A stretch of 64,000 bases of DNA from Eledone cirrhosa. Taxonomy: Eukaryota. The notes under the pieces are model-generated. The model was given only the letters and a program-made list of their open reading frames with translations, did no database searches and had not been told where the DNA came from. Each line of letters starts with the position of its first letter. Positions within the stretch are counted from its first letter, which is position 1. The translations under genes and the position numbers were made by a program. The stretch spans positions 255,688,001-255,752,000 of the forward strand of contig OZ024740.1 in NCBI GenBank assembly GCA_964016885.1, given 5' to 3'. Shown piece after piece: positions 54,601-64,000 of the stretch.

Positions 54601-57600
54601 ACATAGACATACATTAACACATGGACATAGGCATAGATTAACACATGGACACAGACATACATTAACACATGGACATTGACATACATTAACACATGGACAT
54701 AGATATACATTAACACATGGACATACATATACATTAACACATGGACATAGACATACATTAACACATGGAAACAGACATACATTAACACATGGACATAGAC
54801 ATACATTAACACATGGACATAGACATACATTAACACATGGACATAGGCATAGATTAACACATGGACACAGACATACATTAACACATGGACACAGACATAC
54901 ATTAACAAATGGACATAGACATACATTAACACATGGACACAGTCATACACTAACACATAGACATTGACATACATTAACACATGTACATAGATATACATTA
55001 ACACATAGACATAGATATACATTAACACATGGACATAGACATACATTAACACATGTACATAGACATACATTAACACATAAACATACATATACATTAACAC
55101 ATGGACACAGACATACATTAACACATGGACATAGACATACATTAACAAATGTACATAGAGATACATTAATACGTGGACATAGACATACATTAACACATGT
55201 ACATAGACATACATTAACACATGTACATAGACATATATTAACACATGTACATGGATATAATTTAACACATGTACATAGACATACATTAACAAATGGACAC
55301 AGACATACATTAACACATGGACACAGACATACATTAACACATGGACATAGACATACATTAACACATGGACATAGACATACATTAACAGATGTACATAGAC
55401 ATACATTAACACATGGACACAGTCATACACTAACACATGGACATTGACATACGTTAACACATGGATATAGATATACATTAACACATGGACATAGACATAC
55501 ATTAACACATGGACATGGACATACATTAACACATGGAGATAGATATACATGAACACATAGACATACATATACATTAACACACAGACATAGACATACATTA
55601 ACACATGGACATAGACATACATTAACACATGGACACAGACATACATTAACACATGGACATAGACATACATTAACACATGGACACAGACATACATTAACAC
55701 ATGTACATAGACATACATTAACACATGTACATAGACATATATTAACACATGTACATAGACATACATTAACACATGGACATAGACACACATTAACACATGG
55801 ACATAGATATACATTAACACATGGACACAGACATATATTGACACATGGACATAGATATACATTAACACATGTACATAGACATACATTAACACATGGACAT
55901 AGACATACATTAACACATGTACATAGATATATATTAATACATGGACGTAGAGATACATTAACACATGGACACAGACATACATTAACACATGGACATAGAT
56001 ATACATTAACAAATGGACATAGACATACATTAACACATGGACATAGAGATACATTACCACATGGACACAGACATACATTAACACATGGACATTGACATAC
56101 ATTAACACATGGACATAGATATACATTAACACATGGACATACATATACATTAACACATGGACATAGACATACATTAACACATGGAAACAGACATACATTA
56201 ACACATGGACATAGACATACATTAACACATGGAAACAGACATACATTAACACATGGACATTGACATACATTAACACATGGACATAGATATACATTAACAC
56301 ATGGACATACATATACATTAACACATGGACATAGACATACATTAACACATGGAAACAGACATACATTAACACATAGACATAGATATACATTAACACATGG
56401 ACATAGACATACTAACACATGTACATAGACATACATTAACACATAGACATACATATACATTAACACATGTACATAGATATGCATTAACACATAGACATAG
56501 ATATACATTAATACATGGACATAGACATACATTAACACATGTACATAGATATATATTAACACATGGACATAGACATACATTAACACATGTACATAGATAT
56601 ACATTACCACATAGACATACATATACATTAACCCCTGTACATAGATATGAATTAACACATAGACATAAATATACATTAACACATGGACATAGACATACAT
56701 TAACACATGGAGATAGATATACATGAACACATAGACATACATATACATTAACACATGTACATAGATATACATTAACACATGGACATAGACATACATTAAC
56801 ACATGGACATAGACATACATTTACACATGGACATAGACATACATTAACACATGGAGATAGATATACATGAACACATAGACATACATATACATTAACACAT
56901 GTACGTAGATATACATTAACACATAGACATAGATATACATTAACACATAGACATATATATACATTAACACATGTACATAGATATACATTAAAACATGGAC
57001 ATAGACATACATTAACACATGGACATAGACATACATTAACACATGGACACAGACATACATTAACACATGGACATAGACATACATTAACACATGGACACAG
57101 ACATACATTAACACATAGACATAGACATACATTAACACTTGGAGATAGATATACATGAACACATGGGCATAGATATACATTAACACATGTACATAGACAT
57201 ACATTAACACTTAGACATAGACATACATTAACACATGGAGATAGATATACATGAACACATAGACATACATATACATTAACACACAGACATAGACATACAT
57301 TAACACATGGACATAGACATACATTAACACATGGACACAGACATACATTAACACATGGACATAGACATACATTAACACATGGACACAGACATACATTAAC
57401 ACATAGACATAGACATACATTAACACATGTACATAGACATATATTAACACATGTACATAGACATACATTAACACATGGACATAGACACACATTAACACAT
57501 GGACATAGATATACATTAACACATGGACACAGACATACATTGACACATGGACATAGATATACATTAACACATGTACATAGACATACATTAACACATGGAC

Positions 57601-60600
57601 ATAGACATACATTAACACATGTACATAGACATACATTAATACATGGACGTAGAGATACATTAACACATGGACACAGACATACATTAACACATGGACATTG
57701 ACATACATTAACACATGGACATAGATATACATTAACACATGGACATACAAATACATTAACACATGGATATAGACATACATTAACACATGGAAACAGACAT
57801 ACATTAACACATGGACATAGACATACATTAACACATGGACATAGACATACATTAACACATGGACATAGACATAGATTAACACATGGACACAGACATACAT
57901 TAACACATGGACACAGACATACATTAACAAATGGACATAGACATACATTAACACATGGACACAGTCATACACTAACACATAGACATTGACATACATTAAC
58001 ACATGTACATAGATATACATTAACACATAGACATAGATATACATTAACACATGGACATAGACATACATTAACACATGGACATAGACATAGATTAACACAT
58101 GGACACAGACATACATTAACACATGGACACAGACATACATTAAAAAATGGACATAGACATACATTAACACATGGACACAGTCATACACTAACACATAGAC
58201 ATTGACATACATTAACCCATGTACATAGATATACATTAACACATAGACATAGACATACATTAACACATGGACATAGAGATACATTAACACATGGACATAG
58301 ACATACATTAATACATGTAGATGGACATACATTAACACATGTACATAGACATGCATTAACACATGGACATAGACATACATTAACATATGTACATAGACAT
58401 ACATTAACACATGGACATAGACATACGTTAACACATGGACATAGAAATACATTAACACATGGGCATAGACATACATTAACACATTGACATAGAGATACAT
58501 TAAACATGGACATAGATATACATTAATACATGTAGATAGACATACATTAACACATGTACATAGACATGCATTAACACATGGAAATAGATATACATTAACA
58601 CATGGACATAGACATACATTAACACATGAACATAGACATACATTAATACATGTACATAGACATACATTAACACATGGACATAGATATACACTGACACATT
58701 GACATAGACATACATTAACACATGTACATAGATATACATTAACACATAGACATAGATATACATTAACACATAGACATATATATAAATTAACACATGTACA
58801 TAGATATACATTAAAACATGGACATATACATAAATTAACACATGGACATAGACATACATTAACACATGGACATAGATATACATTAACACATGTACATAGA
58901 CATACATTAACACATGGACATGGACATACATTAACACATGGAGATAGATATACATGAACACATAGACATACATATACATTAACACACAGACATAGACATA
59001 CATTAACACATGGACATAGACATACATTAACACATGGACACAGACATACATTAACACATGGACATAGACATACATTAACACATGGACACAGACATACATT
59101 AACACATGTACATAGACATACATTAACACATGTACATAGACATATATTAACACATGTACATAGACATACATTAACACATGGACATAGACACACATTAACA
59201 CATGGACATAGATATACATTAACACATGGACACAGACATATATTGACACATGGACATAGATATACATTAACACATGTACATAGACATACATTAACACATG
59301 GACATAGACATACATTAACACATGTACATAGATATATATTAATACATGGACGTAGAGATACATTAACACATGGACACAGACATACATTAACACATCGACA
59401 TAGATATACATTAACAAATGGACATAGACATACATTAACACATGGACATAGAGATACATTACCACATGGACACAGACATACATTAACACATGGACATTGA
59501 CATACATTAACACATGGACATAGATATACATTAACACATGGACATACATATACATTAACACATGGACATAGACATACATTAACACATGGAAACAGACATA
59601 CATTAACACATGGACATAGACATACATTAACACATGGACATAGACATACATTAACACATGGACATAGGCATAGATTAACACATGGACACAGACATACATT
59701 AACACATGGACACAGACATACATTAACAAATGGACATAGACATACATTAACACATGGACACAGTCATACACTAACACATAGACATTGACATACATTAACA
59801 CATGTACATAGATATACATTAACACATAGACATAGATATACATTAACACATGGACATAGACATACATTAACACATGTACATAGACATACATTAACACATA
59901 AACATACATATACATTAACACATGGACACAGACATACATTAACACATGGACATAGACATACATTAACAAATGTACATAGAGATACATTAATACGTGGACA
60001 TAGACATACATTAACACATGTACATAGACATACATTAACACATGTACATAGACATATATTAACACATGTACATGGATATAATTTAACACATGTACATAGA
60101 CATACATTAACACATGGACACAGACATACATTAACACATGGACACGGACATACATTAACACATGGACATAGACATACATTAACACATGGACATAGACATA
60201 CATTAACAGATGTACATAGACATACATTAACACATGGACACAGTCATACACTAACACATGGACATTGACATACGTTAACACATGGATATAGATATACATT
60301 AACACATGGACATAGACATACATTAACACATGGACATGGACATACATTAACACATGGAGATAGATATACATGAACACATAGACATACATATACATTAACA
60401 CACAGACATAGACATACATTAACACATGGACATAGACATACATTAACACATGGACACAGACATACATTAACACATGGACATAGACATACATTAACACATG
60501 GACACAGACATACATTAACACATGTACATAGACATACATTAACACATGTACATAGACATATATTAACACATGTACATAGACATACATTAACACATGGACA

Positions 60601-63600
60601 TAGACACACATTAACACATGGAGATAGATATACATTAACACATGGACACAGACATATATTGACACATGGACATAGATATACATTAACACATGTACATAGA
60701 CATACATTAACACATGGACATAGACATACATTAACACATGTACATAGATATATATTAATACATGGACGTAGAGATACATTAACACATGGACACAGACATA
60801 CATTAACACATGGACATAGATATACATTAACAAATGGACATAGACATACATTAACACATGGACATAGAGATACATTACCACATGGACACAGACATACATT
60901 AACACATGGACATTGACATACATTAACACATGGACATAGATATACATTAACACATGGACATACATATACATTAACACATGGACATAGACATACATTAACA
61001 CATGGAAACAGACATACATTAACACATGGACATAGACATACATTAACACATGGACATAGACATACATTAACACATGGACATAGGCATAGATTAACACATG
61101 GACACAGACATACATTAACACATGGACACAGACATACATTAACAAATGGACATAGACATACATTAACACATGTACATAGATATACATTAACACATAGACA
61201 TAGATATACATTAACACATGGACATAGACATACTAACACATGTACATAGACATACATTAACACATAGACATACATATACATTAACACATGTACATAGATA
61301 TGCATTAACACATAGACATAGATATACATTAATACATGGACATAGACATACATTAACACATGTACATAGATATATATTAACACATGGACATAGACATACA
61401 TTAACACATGTACATAGATATACATTACCACATAGACATACATATACATTAACCCCTGTACATAGATATGAATTAACACATAGACATAAATATACATTAA
61501 CACATGGACATAGACATACATTAACACATGGAGATAGATATACATGAACACATAGACATACATATACATTAACACATGTACATAGATATACATTAACACA
61601 TGGACATAGACATACATTAACACATGGACATAGACATACATTTACACATGGACATAGACATACATTAACACATGGAGATAGATATACATGAACACATAGA
61701 CATACATATACATTAACACATGTACATAGATATACATTAACACATAGACATAGATATACATTAACACATAGACATATATATACATTAACACATGTACATA
61801 GATATACATTAAAACATGGACATAGACATACATTAACACATGGACATAGACATACATTAACACATGGACACAGACATACATTAACACATGGACATAGACA
61901 TACATTAACACATGGACACAGACATACATTAACACATAGACATAGACATACATTAACACTTGGAGATAGATATACATGAACACATGGGCATAGATATACA
62001 TTAACACATGTACATAGACATACATTAACACTTGGACATAGACATACATTAACACATGGAGATAGATATACATGAACACATAGACATACATATACATTAA
62101 CACACAGACATAGACATACATTAACACATGGACATAGACATACATTAACACATGGACACAGACATACATTAACACATGGACATAGACATACATTAACACA
62201 TGGACACAGACATACATTAACACATAGACATAGACATACATTAACACATGTACATAGACATATATTAACACATGTACATAGACATACATTAACACATGGA
62301 CATAGACACACATTAACACATGGACATAGATATACATTAACACATGGACACAGACATACATTGACACATGGACATAGATATACATTAACACATGTACATA
62401 GACATACATTAACACATGGACATAGACATACATTAACACATGTACATAGACATACATTAATACATGGACGTAGAGATACATTAACACATGGACACAGACA
62501 TACATTAACACATGGACATTGACATACATTAACACATGGACATAGATATACATTAACACATGGACATACAAATACATTAACACATGGATATAGACATACA
62601 TTAACACATGGAAACAGACATACATTAACACATGGACATAGACATACATTAACACATGGACATAGACATACATTAACACATGGACATAGACATAGATTAA
62701 CACATGGACACAGACATACATTAACACATGGACACAGACATACATTAACAAATGGACATAGACATACATTAACACATGGACACAGTCATACACTAACACA
62801 TAGACATTGACATACATTAACACATGTACATAGATATACATTAACACATAGACATAGATATACATTAACACATGGACATAGACATACATTAACACATGGA
62901 CATTGACATAGATTAACACATGGACACAGACATACATTAACACATGGACACAGACATACATTAAAAAATGGACATAGACATACATTAACACATGGACACA
63001 GTCATACACTAACACATAGACATTGACATACATTAACCCATGTACATAGATATACATTAACACATAGACATAGACATACATTAACACATGGACATAGAGA
63101 TACATTAACACATGGACATAGACATACATTAATACATGTAGATAGACATACATTAACACATGTACATAGACATGCATTAACACATGGACATAGACATACA
63201 TTAACATATGTACATAGACATACATTAACACATGGACATAGACATACGTTAACACATGGACATAGAAATACATTAACACATGGGCATAGACATACATTAA
63301 CACATTGACATAGAGATACATTAACACATGGACATAGATATACATTAATACATGTAGATAGACATACAGTAACACATGTACATAGACATGCATTAACACA
63401 TGGAAATAGATATACATTAACACATGGACATAGACATACATTAACACATGAACATAGACATACATTAATACATGTACATAGACATACATTAACACATGGA
63501 CATAGATATACACTGACACATTGACATAGACATACATTAACACATGTACATAGATATACATTAACACATAGACATAGATATACATTAACACATAGACATA

Positions 63601-64000
63601 TATATAAATTAACACATGTACATAGATATACATTAAAACATGGACATAGACATAAATTAACACATGGACATAGACATACATTAACACATGGACATAGATA
63701 TACATTAACACATGTACATAGACATACATTAACACATGGACATGGACATACATTAACACATGGAGATAGATATACATGAACACATAGACATACATATACA
63801 TTAACACACAGACATAGACATACATTAACACATGGACATAGACATACATTAACACATGGACACAGACATACATTAACACATGGACATAGACATACATTAA
63901 CACATGGACACAGACATACATTAACACATGTACATAGACATACATTAACACATGTACATAGACATATATTAACACATGTACATAGACATACATTAACACA
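51599..64000. repeat. Tandem ~4.8-kb higher-order repeat, units starting at 51599, 56397 and 61218 (200 and 201 monomers; third truncated)
   Basis: Identical 109-aa marker ORF at 51599, 56397 and 61218. Spacings are 4798 (200 x 24 - 2) and 4821 (201 x 24 - 3, including the 1-bp deletion at ~58503). Shared variants: CACTTGGAGATAG, TAACCCATGTAC, GGAAATAGATAT. Confidence 0.92.

Larger units (their letters stand above)
1..64000. repeat. 24-bp tandem satellite array, consensus CATTAACACATGGACATAGACATA, ~2,667 monomers, head-to-tail in one orientation, extends beyond both window edges
   Basis: CATTAACACAT recurs every 24 bp from position 5 to 63991. That distance (63986) plus the net 22 bp lost at the observed indel monomers equals 64008 = 2667 x 24. 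Most monomers differ from consensus by only a few substitutions (common: GGAC>GTAC/AGAC, CATAG>CACAG, GACAT>GATAT). Confidence 0.99.

Noticed and set aside
320-63999. Giant minus-strand ORFs (up to 2721 aa; YVYVHVLM / CLCPCVNV repeats) as protein-coding genes
   Set aside because: They are pure translations of the 24-bp monomer, overlap in two frames, have no unique domain or termini, swap frames at indel monomers, and start and stop only at sporadic variants.
1-64000. CRISPR array
   Set aside because: Repeats are contiguous with no unique spacers. The variable positions are point variants of one consensus, and there is no leader or cas gene.
1-64000. Telomerase-synthesised long telomeric repeat (as in 23-25-bp budding-yeast telomeres)
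   Set aside because: The T/G-rich strand and unit size are superficially similar. However, the >64-kb length, heritable variants and kb-scale duplications indicate recombinational amplification rather than templated synthesis. A subtelomeric location is not excluded.
1-64000. Variant-cassette or diversity-generating system (antigenic variation, DGR)
   Set aside because: No expressed locus, recombinase, reverse transcriptase or constant flanks are present, and the variant pattern is explained by ordinary duplication and mutation.
51599-64000. Higher-order copies as pure assembly duplication artefacts
   Set aside because: Copies differ by nested shared substitutions and whole-monomer gains or losses, which simple artefactual duplication would not produce. 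Read-level confirmation is still needed.
1-64000. Embedded transposon, inversion, tRNA/rRNA or promoter/terminator
   Set aside because: No departure from the monomer longer than a few bases was seen, and no reverse-orientation monomer (TGTGTTAATG) on the plus strand. The 24-bp phase arithmetic closes across the window.

Overview
The whole 64-kb window is one uninterrupted, single-orientation tandem array (satellite/minisatellite) of a 24-bp monomer, consensus CATTAACACATGGACATAGACATA (11 A, 5 C, 5 T, 3 G; 33% GC), about 2,667 copies, running off both ends. I see no unique sequence, gene, RNA gene, transposon or CRISPR spacer. Every ORF in the track is explained by the monomer being 8 codons long and stop-free in three frames (minus: YVYVHVLM and CLCPCVNV; plus: HTLTHGHR). 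The real structure lies in the monomer variants. Recurrent multi-substitution monomers and 20 small-indel monomers act as markers for nested, irregular higher-order repeats (offsets 1414, 2424, 2664, 3454, 4174, 4366, 4774, 4798, 4821, 6405, 9619, 11467/8 and 14587 bp), mosaic junctions, a left/right domain shift near 25-29 kb, and stepwise gain of variants toward the right end. This looks like eukaryotic heterochromatic satellite DNA (inference). I cannot name the family or organism, and the sequence alone does not support a new protein-coding system.
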